From Paraglomus brasilianum (Eukaryota): DNA of 64,000 nt. How positions within the stretch are numbered: the first letter of the stretch is position 1; every line of letters starts with the position of its first letter. This document shows, one piece after another, positions 11,949 through 32,683 of this stretch. The notes under the pieces were generated by a model that saw only the letters and a list, made by a program, of their open reading frames with translations, ran no database searches and was not told where the DNA came from. Both the position numbers and the translations under genes were made by a program. The DNA lies in NCBI GenBank assembly GCA_910592345.1, contig CAJVPI010000037.1, forward strand, positions 1-64,000. The letters run 5' to 3'.

Positions 11949-12977
11949 ATGTTGACACGGTTAACGTGATTGGGATCATTTCCGTTGCATTATTGTTGAA
12001 CTATTTGTTCCGAGTAAGAAACACTACGACCCGCCCCCGTTACCGCTTATGATGTGATGTATTGGAATTCATTAACCATGTAAAGTGACATATTATGTAA
12101 ATCAACAGACAATCTACGTTGCGTTCTTTGGACCGTTGAGCAAGATTCCTGGGCCAAAGATTTCGGCATTAAGCGCGATTCCTCTGTTATTCAAAGGCGT
12201 TAAGGGCAGAAGGTAAATTACAAAAATCAACTTTTTCTAGTTTATCTGCCAATATATTAACTGTTGTTTTTTAGATGGTATTGGTATCAATATTAATTAA
12301 GACCAAAGTATGGGAAAGTAGTCATAATAGGTAAAATTATGCTAAATCATCAACCTCATGATATTATAGTAACTAACTCGAAGATTGTTAGGCCCAGACA
12401 TGGTTCTTGTCAGTGATAGAGACATTATCAAACAGGTATAAAGTTAGTATTATCGGCATACTGTTGGATTATCGAAAACAACTTATTAAATAATCCGGTA
12501 TATTTTTTATGATCTCAGATTGTTGTTAAAGAAGTAAGTCTAGCAGGAATGTCGAGTGCGGTGTTGTTAATGTTGTCTTACTATTACACAATATTATCAT
12601 ATTTAATAGGATTGGCCAAAAGGTGATTTAGTACATTTTTAGCGTTCAATCGTAGGTGTAAACAAATAAAGCACGCAAAATTCCAATACGGGGTGTATAG
12701 AGCTGCATCTCATTTACATACATTGTTCTCGACCACGTAAGCGTTTTTCTGGTTGTTATTTAGATTAATGATATGAGTTGTATATATCAAACGCATCTAA
12801 TCATGATACTCTCATTTGCGAAATCAGGGACAAAGCATTTCATAAACAACGAGTAAGTATGCCAATACGTGAGCATATGGGGATTATCATTTCCAACGTA
12901 ATTCTTATCTTCATCTACGTTTCAACGATATACAGCGTCGATTGCTTGCACCGGCTTTCTCCATCAAATACATCCAG
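11949..12977 (+). pseudogene. Cytochrome P450 5' fragment, multi-exon, disrupted and 3'-truncated
   Basis: Exon pieces give a TM anchor VIGIISVALLLNYLFR, IYVAFFGPLSKIPGPK, KYGKVVIIGPDMVLVSDRDIIKQIVVKE, LFST, DKAFHKQR and RRLLAPAFSIKYI (C-helix). Frame breaks are present, and no ExxR or heme-Cys region follows. Confidence 0.75.
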
Positions 12978-15249
12978 TATGGCAATGTGCAGTAAGGAGT
13001 GTGAGAGTCGGCCACAACAACCAATAGTAAAGCATATATTGCATAGTGTAACACATTATTACATCAGTGTGCTCCGGAATGTTACACTGATCCTATTGTT
13101 CTTATTTACGGAAACAATCATGAGTTACACTAGGCAATATATCGATATCCGTTTATGCTTTATTATTGGTCAACAGTCACGCTCCTTATTGCAAGGTTGC
13201 ATGCGACAACAATTGACACGCAAACACGCGTCTACACATACGTACATATATACTGTATATACCTTGACGCTTCTCTCCATTGCACATGTATCACCTCACA
13301 ACAAACTCTCCTCCCCCAAAGCGCAAATACAACGAATAATGCCTTTGCTGTTACTCCATATTACGCACATCCGACTCTTTACTAACAAGTGTTCATAACG
13401 ACACGGTTTATCAACCACGTAACCGCCGATATAAACACAACGGAATATACACCGCAACAGAGCTCCATATTGCACATACTACAATACGACAATTCGCTAC
13501 AACTCACGAACAAGTCGTCAAACAATGAATTAACACTCAATAAACGCAGATTATTGACCAAATAACCGACGAAATGGTTCGCACAAGAGCAAACATGCGG
13601 TACCCAGCTACGCAACGAGTAGATTTAAAGAGGATAATAATGTAATAAGGAGTTTGTTATCTACGTACGCTTGTTCAGATATTCAATAAACAGGTGTCTT
13701 CTCGTCTTCATTAAAATAAATAATCGCGTCATGAAACAACCAAACTAGCTATTATAACATCTATTATACTACTTAAAAGTTACTTACAAGTTATTTCCTC
13801 GATTTCGAAAAGTTTTCCGACGCCTATACTCGGACTGCTTTCGACTATATAACAAAATTTTGATGCTAGTATATTGTATAGATTGGTTGATAACGACGAT
13901 TTCCACACAAAAAAAAATGGATAATTTATGTCAGATCAATTCATGTTTATTGCTTTATTACTATTCGGATCGGTGTATCGACCTATTCGACGCGCCAAAA
14001 ATAAGTGCTGTATTGGAAAAAGCTTCTTCTGACAAGATAACTTTAAACAGCACATCACGTCCAAATCTCTTCAACAACAAAGCGACCTAATATGCATTCT
14101 CTCAGCTACCAACTTGTTACCATGAGCCGGAACTCACACAAAGAAGAAAGCTATCATAGACGACATCGGAAGAACTACTATTCATTGTGTTATAGCGATT
14201 CGCTATTTTCTTGCTCCCTTATTCGTTATTGTTTTAATAGACGAAGCGGTAATGGATAGATGAATAGATAAATAGGGGATAAATAATCGTTCATTAACAG
14301 ACCGCTGTTTTGTAAATTGGTTGACCAAGTGGCCTCTTTTGCCTCTACTGGCGGACGGGTGCGGATCTGGATCGGGCGGCGGGCAGTCACTGGTGACGCT
14401 CCTCTACTTACCATTCTCACCAGTGCTCGCCTGCGGTGAAGGGATCTGGCACGGGTCTGATGAGTGGGTTACGGGGGATGCCCGGAACACTCTCAGACAT
14501 CTCCCTTTTTCTTATTTTTTTACACAGCTTTTAGATGACGGGAAGAAGGCTTTGGGTAAGTATAATGTAAGTATTGCATTGCTTCACGTATATAAACTAA
14601 TTCCATTTCTTTCTTTTTTTCTTTCTCTCCCCCTTTTTCTCTCCCCCGACGGGTTGTCGGTGACCGGATCCGGTGATTGCTTAGCTGCTTGTGAAGAATC
14701 TGTCTTTGAAGCTGGCTAGAGATGAAAGGTGAGTTTGCTGCTTGGCATGCCAGTCTGGAAGCAATAGTTATTCAATTGTTTATCTCCTCATTTTTTATTT
14801 GTATTATATTAATATGATCCATATAATATTTGTAATAATAATAATAATAACGAAAATTATAATCAGGAAAGAAAGAATGACTGAAAAATATTACCACTTT
14901 ACAGATATTAATATAATCGAATGTACAATGATGAATATAATAGTCCAATGAATTGACTTTGTTGTAGTTAAATTCAACTTGCACTTCAAACGTTGAATTT
15001 AGAAGTCGATTTCACTATCCTAAATATTTCTAAAACATTTATTTCAACTCTGGTGATCTTATTTCCTGCTCGGTTTTTGAACGAGTTTCAGTAAAACAAC
15101 TTATCTAAATTGACATGGAATGTTGTTGACTGTATAGTTACAATCTACTCCATTTAAAGATTAATTTATTCAATCAATTAATTGATTTATCAGCAAGACA
15201 TCCTCGCTACATATGCTGTTTAATTTCTTATCTAAATAACAACCTAATT

Positions 15250-15965
15250 AAGGGCTTTTTCAACAGCTTGATGCCCCGATCAAATTTGGAAATTGATGAT
15301 AAAATGGAAGTTATTTGGTGGGGCATCAAGGGGCATCCCTAAATTGGAAATTGTTTATTTTTCATATGACAATTCAAACTTTTGCCTTATCGTGCATGGG
15401 ATAGAACATACATTATTTATTGAGTCAAGAAAAAAAAATAAAAAATTTTTTTTTCATATTCATTGCAATGCCTAAGAAGCAATTGGCTAACACCAAACAT
15501 TTGTTCTAGTTGGCGATATGCCAGAGGATTTGCTAATCGTTGAATCACAATGCCAACTTGAAAGGGTATGGATAAATAGTTAGGATGTTGTTGTAGGATA
15601 CTAAGCGGTCGATTGAACGTAGATTGCAAAATGCGAAAATGAGATTTAAAACTATTATATTCGCTCTCGTCATTAAGATATGTTTGCCCAATAAGCCATT
15701 GTTTTTGGCCGAAGTAAACGAGGTGTACGATTAATCCTTGAAATGCTAATTCTGTATCAATTAATCTTGCATCAAATTCTTATTACTTCTGTTACTATGA
15801 AGGCAACAAGTCTTTTCCGGCTGATAGATAACATCACTAATACTAACAGTATAACAGTCTCATACGGGAAGGCGTTATTTATGCATGTATTAGTATGCTT
15901 AATTGCAGTCATATGCATATGGTAAATATGGTATTACTCTATTTAGAAAGCTGCTGATGCCCCCT
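15250..15965 (-). mobile_element. PIF/Harbinger-type transposase relic (N-terminal HTH region)
   Basis: The minus strand at ~15480-15720 reads YNSFKSHFRILQSTFNR...FQVGIVIQRLANPLAYRQLEQMFGVSQ, typical of the HARBI1/PIF N-terminus. TGATGCCCC/GGGGCATCA motifs occur at ~15270, ~15320 and ~15955. Element ends are uncertain. Confidence 0.6.
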
Positions 15966-16389
15966 ACTTTGTACGACTTCCAAATTTGATCGCCAATACG
16001 TGAACTGTTTCAGAACGACATAAGGTATGTCATTTATATGGCGCACAATTCTGTCACATTAAGCTAAAATGGAAAAAAAAATTAGATCGCCTTTATGCAG
16101 TTAGCGAGCTCAATACTGTGTATCAAACATGACATCCGCTCACTCGGCCATTCTCACGCATAAAGTCTTTATTGAGCTACACGATGGATATCTTATAACC
16201 AGAATCAACCAAACGATTTACCAGCATAGTTAGGTAAACAAAAAGAAAGGTAGGATAAAAAGGACAAAATATAATCATGAGCCAATAGATGCAAAATGAA
16301 TACAAAGGAACAAGATAAAATAATAGCCACAAAGGGCCATTAATCCCTATCATTGGAGTTCGTACTAAAAAAAATTCAATGTCGCACGC

Positions 16390-18901
16390 TTAATGATGAT
16401 GGTGATGATGATGATAGTGAATTAGGTCATTGGCAGCTAAGCGGTTCAAAGTTTCTTCATCAACCATATGGAAAGAAGCATTGTTCCTATAGTAATATTG
16501 AGCAAACATGTGAGTTGTGGGAACAAGTAGATATGTTTTCACTTATGAACCCTTACTTACTTGCTAAGCTGGTTTGTAATCTTTTCAAGATTCAATCCAA
16601 GATACTGACTGATGAAATCACCAATATTGGTATTCTAGACAGTGGAAGAGAAATTGATGTCAGCAACAAGAATAGTATAACAATCTCGTTGGATATACAG
16701 ACACAGAACGTGGCTATAATAAGCATCTAAACCTTCTCTGACGTCGCGCTTTTCAGATCAGTCTACTAACAGCTTAAACAAACCGTCACTCTTACCTCAA
16801 CATTTCCACGTAAAGATTCGGTTCCCGCTCCGTAGGCGTACAAATTAACATCCAACCCGGAGTGTCCATGCGTGGCCCAACCGATTTCCGCACGTTTGCT
16901 GACCATGGTACCCAGATAAAATTCAATCGCAAGCTGATCATTATTTTCCATCAACCATTTTATTTCCTCTTCAGTTGGATTTTCAATCCCTAATCCACCA
17001 TACAAGATCTTCTCCCGGATGAATCGCTCTTTGTCTCTGCCTTCGTAGGCAAGAAGTTCAGTCGAGAGAATATAAGCGGATTTTTTGACCCGTTTGATGA
17101 CTTCGGGGAGCCAGCGGTACTGGGGGTATTCTTCTGAATTTTGTCGCGCTAGAGACAAACCACCTGTCTCGTGATCAGATACCGAAATCATTATGGTGCC
17201 CGGATGAGATTTGACATAATCTTTAACAACCTTGATGGTTTCGTGATAAGCGAGGATGTCATGTACGTGTGAAGCCGGGTCGTTGCTAAATGAAGATAAG
17301 ACATGAAATCAATATCCTATTCTAGACTCAAGCTAGTGAGTCCGGTAAAGGTACCAATTCGGACGATATTGGAATACTTACGAATGAGCAGCCATATCTA
17401 AGGACGTTACCAATAACAGAACATTAGTATATCGTATGTATTTGAAATCTTCATTTCCATTTACTCACCGATTCGACTTCCTTCAACCATTAAGAAAAAC
17501 CCTTTGTCATTATTCTTGGTAGCATGCGTCAACATCTGAAGGGTCTTAGCCGTCATCTCTGCCAAAGATGGCTCAAGTTTACTGTCTCGGTCAATTTCGT
17601 AGCTCATGTGATCCAGGGTGAACAAGCCCAATAGCGGCAGCTTTTGTTTCGGCTTAAGCTTATCGAATTCCTTCCGACTCTGTAAATACGAGAACCCATT
17701 ATTATCTGCCATCTCCAAAACATCTACATCATCCTGGCGACAACTACCGGCGACGTTTTGAGGAAGGAAGAAGCAACGCCCGCCACCCAAGAGAATGTCG
17801 ACTTGACGGCCGAGAACATAGTCACCGATTTGTTGACGAGCAATGATGTCTTCGAGGTCACGATGTACAACATGAGCCGAGAAACAAGCTGGAGTGGCGT
17901 GGGTTATGCGAGATGTTACTACAAGGCCTGTGGTATATCCTATGGATTTCGCTGCCTCAAGTACAGTGCCGCAAGCTGCCTTTGATGGGTCGACTTTTGT
18001 AGGAAACGAGGGTGGTGAGAAATAAAGCAAGGGGAATAAGTGAAAAGTTGTTAATACGCGAACATGAGAACAATCACGGTCTCTCATTCATTTCACTTTG
18101 CGATCAGGTTTTTTCCTGCTTTCGTTACCTGCAATGGCTGAATTATATGACTTCATAGCACATGCAAAAGCCGTAGCGCCAGCAGCCGAATCAGTAACCA
18201 AGCTGTTCGACGACCTAGTCCTAGAGGTTCCGACAAGTATCTCATCGAGAGGAGTGGTATAATTGTAGGGAAGTTTATTTACATATTGGTAGTACGAGCG
18301 AGCGTACGTTTCTGATGCTGGACCAAATCCATCAGAGATCATGAGGATTACATTTTTCTTGGGACCTGCTGAGTCTTTTTATAAAAAAAGGGAGAGTTAG
18401 GAGGAAATCTGGTCGAATTGTGCAGCAATTACGTCTAACTTATCCTCTAATCCTCATCATCAGACACTCGATCTTCCTAGTTACCTGTCGAGACCTTTGC
18501 CCATGATTTAGCGAGAATGAATACGGTTGCGGCAATTACGGTTGATAGCAGAATAATAAGAACTCCTCTTCGTTTCTGTCAACGGGATAGAATGTTATAA
18601 TGAGATAATATAAATATAATAGTATTCATTTATGTGTTGTTAGTCATGTGTTGTGTCCTACACATCCAAATGGGAAATTATTTCGTCATTCTACACTTTA
18701 CCCCTGAAAGTTCATTCCCATAGCACAAGAATTATCCAGAACTCAAACACAAACCACTACCAACCACTACCAACCACTATTTCGACGTTCTTTTCATGAA
18801 GGAAGGACACATACCTTACGTCGTATTGGAACCTTTGCATCTAGCAACGTTTCTGATTCTTCGTCCTTGATGCTGTCATAAGTAGGCCTTGATCTTGCCA
18901 T
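16390..18901 (-). CDS. PHO8: Alkaline phosphatase (vacuolar Pho8-like, type II membrane anchor), multi-exon
   Basis: Motifs NVILMISDGFGPAS, VTDSAAGATAF (catalytic Ser), VTSRITHATPA, FLMVEGSRI|DMAAH|SND, SDHETGG and HGHSGLDVNLYAYG are present, plus an N-terminal TM exon. The last exon ends IHYHHHHHHH-stop. Confidence 0.96.
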
Positions 18902-21900
18902 TTCGTTTTCAGATTTCAGTACGGTAACAGACTTTGAAACGAATAGAGCAGAAGGAATATTCGGCCCAATATCAGGACTGAGACAAGATCTTGGTCACCC
19001 ACAAAAGCTGCTATAGGAGCGTGCGCGTGTTGTTTTTTTTAGTTAGGGAACAACGGAGATAGGGAAGGACGAGGCGGCAACAAGAGAATGAAATATTTAC
19101 AAGCTATTGGGAGTGTTGGCTCCAACCCTTGGCTGCTTTTATATACAGAAAACAATGTGATCTGAATCAGCTTTGTGTAATTATATTTATTATTTATTAA
19201 TAAAAATGAATAGTGCTGCTAACACGTGGTAAACTACGACATTGGTCAATCCACATATACGCGACTACTCGGCTTTGTAATCAGTCGAACAAGGATGTCG
19301 ATATTTCCATCTATAATAATTTGTATACAAATCATACTACAGAATTTTGAATATGCTTCTTTCGAAATGTTGCCCTGCTGGCTTAGCTAAACACTCTTTC
19401 CTTATTTCTATGATCTTCTATTATCATTTCCCTAATTGTGGCAATAGATAAGATTAGAATGAGAAAAGCCTCTCGTAAGAGTGAACGCATGAGCAGTCAG
19501 ATGATTATCAAAAATGTGATAATCATGGTGGAAAACGGTGGATATTTTAAGGTGAAAACTCGGGACTCTTCGGGACAAATCAAATTAAGTTAATGCTGCA
19601 GAAAAACCAGAGGAGATAAGAGACAACGATAAGATATTAACAATAATATCTATATTTCCATCTTATATTTACAAACCTTAATATTGTTAATATTAATAGT
19701 CTCACGCTTAATTATAAGATGCAAGTTGCTGGAGTGCATTCTAGTCAGTCATTGGATTAGGCCGACGAATGAATTTCGGGTTAGTGAGCTATTCGTCAAT
19801 CAAGGTCCTCTGATTGGATCTTTATTTTCGGTTAGTTCTCGATCAATACTGCATGATCTCATAGGATACCCCTTTAATAATGGTAAAGGAAATCGCTAAC
19901 TTGTAAATGGTTTTCTCGTACAACAAGAAAAGAACGAATTTATATATACTATTAGTTAAAGTTAAATTCTCGCTGCCTGATAAGTCTAACTTAAAACAGC
20001 TATATTAATATTGGTTCTTAGACCCGCCAAGTTGTCGATTCGTTATTCTTACAAATACTTTTCTGGTTGTCGATTCGTTATTCTTATTCTTACAAACACG
20101 ATACGAGTTTATTGTTACATCTTTCTCACTATAGTGTTTACTGAGACTACTCTTGCTGTACGATTATTGCGTGGAAGGCTGGTGGTTGGCTAAAACTTTG
20201 AAATTTTCAAACGCCCAAACATAAACAGAATCAACAATAAAAAAAGAGGAATGAACAAATAAGAACGCAGATAGATTGTTGTCGATTCTAACTCGTAACG
20301 TACGCCCACCTCCCCCTTTCAAAATTACTATGAATTCTACAAACAGCCATTAACACTTGCGATCGCGTTACATTATTGGGGGCGAATTGGTTTAGATAAT
20401 CTTATCAACGATGTACTCCTATATTGATATGTGCTTTTGATAAATATTGAAAATGCATACAAGTTGATGTCTTCCTTTGTTCAATATGCATCTGGACTTT
20501 GGCTGCATTTTACGATTCTCGCATTTGCGCATTAAATCAGTTTTTGAACCAGTAGACGAAAAGGTACAATCAACACCATCAAGTAACAGAGAAGTCGCAC
20601 AGTGCCGCCTCAAATGTTGGGTCGATTTTTAATTAACTCTATAACCAAATGTCCTATAGCCATAAAGTTTATGCCAATGTTAGCGCACATTACAGCTAAT
20701 ATTTCTGCATTACTACAAGTAGGATAATAGAATTTATGATACAAACATTCAAAGTTGTCTGTGTCGACAGTCGTTGCTACAAATCCAACAACATTCATTA
20801 CACATTCGGCTTGCATTATCACGCTGAGAAGTGTGCACTTTCAATTACAACACGCATTTGCAAAAACGCTGGTGTTTTTATTGCGCCCGTTAGTGAATAC
20901 TGAATTTGAGTGTGGAGTAATTAATGAAGGTGGTTGTTTGGACACACAAAACGCGAACTTGAGAGAAAATCGGATATTATTCGCCATTTGCGGATAATTA
21001 AATATTTACTTGTCCAAAGCAGGTAAATAAATAAGAGGCATGCAATATTAAATCAGAATTGAATTTAAAGAAGAAGTACAACTTAAAGGTTGCCCAAGCT
21101 CATTTGAGTGGTTGCAGCCATTTAATGCTGATACTTTTTTTAATTAAATCTATTTCTGAGAACAATAATAAAAAAATGCGGAATAGTAATTATGGAACTA
21201 CTGGGAGAAATAGAGAAGTCTAGTAAGCAGGCGAGAGTCTTCCCAGCAATAAAATTTACCATAAACTCTCGTGAATATCGTGAATATCATGAATAAGAAC
21301 CTCCTTATGTGATGAAGGCAGGCTCTTATTAACGAGAGTTATGGTATGCCTTAAACTATAAAATTAACAAAAGTTACAAAGTACCGAACAAATTGATGGT
21401 AGGTCTATCTTATTATAATTTGGACCCAACTTCAGTGTTATTATTATGTGATTCAATTTATTTCATATAATTTGAAAGAAATACTATTGTCCTCTCAATT
21501 GAACTTATTCAATTGTGCTTCTTCCATGGGGTTTTTCATAAGGTGGCATTAATATACCTGGAAAATTTTAGTATCTTCATTTAAAACATTAAATATGAAG
21601 CAATTTTTACAAATGCTTTTAATGTGCCGTATTGGTACGTACGTATTTTACGTAAATTGATTTCATATCATATCATTATTACTTCAAGTAAAAGTCTGTG
21701 TCAGTTTCATCTTAACCAATTAAACATCCTACCATGATATAGTAATGGTTGTAAAAAGCAACTAAAGATAGTCTTGAATTCATGCATGAGCTGTCGTGCC
21801 ATTAAAATGAAATTTACACCGAGCTTCATTAGTAATTGTCTGTCACCTCAGCACTTTTGGCTCATAGGAGTGAAATATTCACTTGTGTGATTTGTTGCAG

Positions 21901-22348
21901 CGTGTATATTAACATAATATCCGTATGTATATATTCTAAAGGCACGAATCGTCAGCTCTATAACTTCTTTAAAGCAGGCAAGATAAAAGCCGATGTACAA
22001 TCCAGAATTAGTGAGATTATACGAAAATGTTCGATTGCTCCGAGTTGTTCGTATCTTTTGTTTTTAATAGCAATATACGGCCAACATTCTCTGTGGCAAA
22101 CATTGATCATGCAGGCAATTAAACCATGGTTGCTAATAATAATGGGTCAGATTTAATAGTGACACTGATTGAAGAGCCTAATTACGATGTAAATAAACTA
22201 CTATTATTACTAATAGATTGCTTAACATGCTTATAATTGCTTTTATATAATAACACAGAATTACAAACCGGAGAGATTGGTAATTATTGCGGCTGATGTT
22301 TATTGTAAAATAAAGTCACTCTGAAACGCGTGACCGCATGCGTTAACT

Positions 22349-22937
22349 TTAGGGGAGTTCTTCCGTTGGAAATATATCAGGGAATCGCTGCCAATACTCT
22401 ACCACTTTGTTATGAAGATCTAAATCTGCATAGAACGAAATTAGTCGACAATGCGAATGTGCATCAATGAGTTATTTTCAATCGTTAAGGTACTATACCG
22501 AAAGTATCTCCAAAGTTGGTAAAAACGAACTCATTGATACTCAAATCAGTATTGACTCGACCAACAAATTCAACGTACGTTGTGAAATTACTTGGCTTAT
22601 AAGGTACGATTGAGTAAGATTTTGTTTCAAATTAGAAGTACTTTCTCATTAAAAAATATATATACCTGTCGTAAGCGAACGGACACTTGTCCTTTGTCAC
22701 ATGCCTCCACGACAACAGTATGGCTAGTTTCCTAGAATGTGTATATGAACATTAGGAAGTAGAGAATGAGCTATAAGCATATGGCGGTGGAGTATCACGT
22801 TTGCTTACTGCAATCGTTGACTCTTCAGCTTTCAACGTTAGAATATGCACCTGTATTACGCGTCCAACTAATCGTACTTTTCGTCCTTTGTACCTACTAA
22901 GCAGACCATAGTTTACTCGTGGTGTTATTACATCCAT
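22349..22937 (-). CDS. RFA3: Replication protein A 14 kDa subunit (RPA3/Rfa3/Ssb3)
   Basis: Four short exons give MDVITPRVNYGLLSRYKGRKVRLVGRV, VVEACDKGQVSV, YVEFVGRVNTDLSI...FGDTF and DLDLHNKVVEYWQRFPDIF. Confidence 0.9.
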
Positions 22938-24243
22938 GATTTAAGCTTGTGTGAAGGTGAAGGAGTAAGAGGGAAAAAACTCTTCGCGTGTAGATAGATG
23001 TTATCAAGAATGTTTCACAAACGCATGATTTGCCAAAATCCATTTAATACACACAGCGCGTTCCAATAGTAAAATAGAATGAGCTTTCATCCAGGATTCC
23101 GCCATCTATATACGATAAAGGAGGTTGGACTGGGGGAATTGGGCAAGCTGCTTCAGCCTTTTTCATGTTCTGTAGAACCATTCTATTATATGTATGTACT
23201 TCTATGAGTGTCTACGTGAGTAAAATCAAAGATCATAACTTCTATTGCGATGGTCGTGTTAATAGTCAATAATCTAGATCAATCGCTTATCATAATCGAA
23301 ACTCGTAGGCGTTTATCACTCCTACTGTGATGGAAATTTATTTGTGAATTATAGCTTATTGCTCTAATGTAAGAAGAACCCCCTTACCATAACCCACTCT
23401 CTCTACACTATTTCGCAATTTTCGTTGAGGATCATAACGTGAAGGGTAATGTACCAGCGAATGTTTCAAAGTACAGAATGTATAAGACTCGTGGGAATGT
23501 GTCATCAAGGAATGTCAGCGATGTCTTCACTGATGCCTTTGAGATCCTAAGCTCGCGTTTTCAGCATATAATAAACAGCCTTGGTGGTGGTGATAAGGCT
23601 ATAAATATTTTACGCCGATCACAACTCGTCATCTGTCTGGGTCTGCGTTGTATCGCTGTAAAACCTCGCTCCCGGTTCTATTCGTCTTGTTACCTACCCA
23701 CTTTATCGTTGCTCTTCGTCTTACCGAACACTGATTACATACATGGGAATGTTAACGGTTGAATATATTTTTGTTTTATTATATGCCGATACGAAATTGC
23801 AGAACATGACAGCGGCTTGCAATGACTTTTGAAAGTGAACCAAATGTTAGTCGTTGTCGTATGAACACATTCAATTTTCTTCAGCTTTGGCGACACGCTA
23901 GCTAGCAACTCGAGAATATGGTATATAGAAGACGCTTTGGAGATAAGATAAGGTTTGTATTACCATATGACAATCTCCAATAATATTCCATTTTAAGTTT
24001 TGTTTAACGTCAAATACGAAAACTAGGTTTCCTGAACGTGAGATAAACTATATTATCAGGCATAATAATAGTCACCGGATTCGCCATATCTGGGCAACAC
24101 ATTAATATTATTGGGTCCCGTATACTTTCTGCCATCAGTAATTAGATTTGATCAACACTACGCAGACGAAATGAACTCCGATCGTATATTATTAGCTGGG
24201 TATTTTTGGTTGTGGGTTTCTTCTTATTCTGTCAACCACGTTT

Positions 24244-31918
<7,675 letters not shown>

Positions 31919-32683
31919 GTTTTTTCTTTTTTTTTCTTCCTTTTTTTTTCTCTGTTTTGCATTTTTGACCGTTTATTTAACTAAAACAACAGTAAACCCA
32001 TACACATATTTTCTTCTTTGTTCAATAGGAGACAATGTATCATACTATAAATGGATTAGGAATGTATATTATATTTAAGATATACTGTATGATGAGCAGC
32101 ATCGGATAAATGGACATTAGACATTAGTTTACTGTGATTTCCTTTCTGTAGTATATGTGTAATCTATACGAGTATGTAAAAAATGAACATTCGATAAGTA
32201 AAATTAAATAAATTATACGATAGTGATTAATACTTTTTCGCTGTCGTTCCAAAATGTCACAAATGACCAAATAACACACTTTTTGAATTCATTTAATTCT
32301 GTATTTAATAATTATTCCATATAATACTAATTACAAGCGGTTCTTCTCACAGTTTAGAGATTTGATAATTAATTAAAGATTAGCACTTAATATAAATATA
32401 CAATGTGCTGTAATCGACTGTTTAATTTTTGGTGAAAATTCAATTGAAAAAAAAAAAAGAGAATTTTCTTTGACTTTCGTTCGTAAAAAGTCTATACTGA
32501 TAAAAAGTGCAAACAAGAAATATCAATTGTTCGTAACCGCTTCCAATAATAACTTCATAACTGCACATTTTCACATGAAATAATTATCATCATAATCATT
32601 AAGTCATTAATTTCCCATTTCACCATCGGTCAATTTCAATAAGTTCTCTTGTCTGATGTATTAATAAGGAGTACGGCATTACA

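Noticed and set aside
12778..13398. 206-aa ORF from the track as a real gene
   Set aside because: It starts at a TTG, runs through P450 introns and exons into unrelated sequence, and has no coherent domain.
14226..14760. GC-rich patch with overlapping ORFs as a gene
   Set aside because: There are no recognisable motifs and it is interrupted by low-complexity pyrimidine tracts. It is probably a repeat remnant but cannot be supported.
20029..20100. Short direct repeats as a CRISPR-like or regulatory array (also 18752-18780, 36623-36664, 60700-60760)
   Set aside because: Each has only two or three adjacent copies without unique spacers. These are ordinary slippage duplications in a eukaryotic genome.
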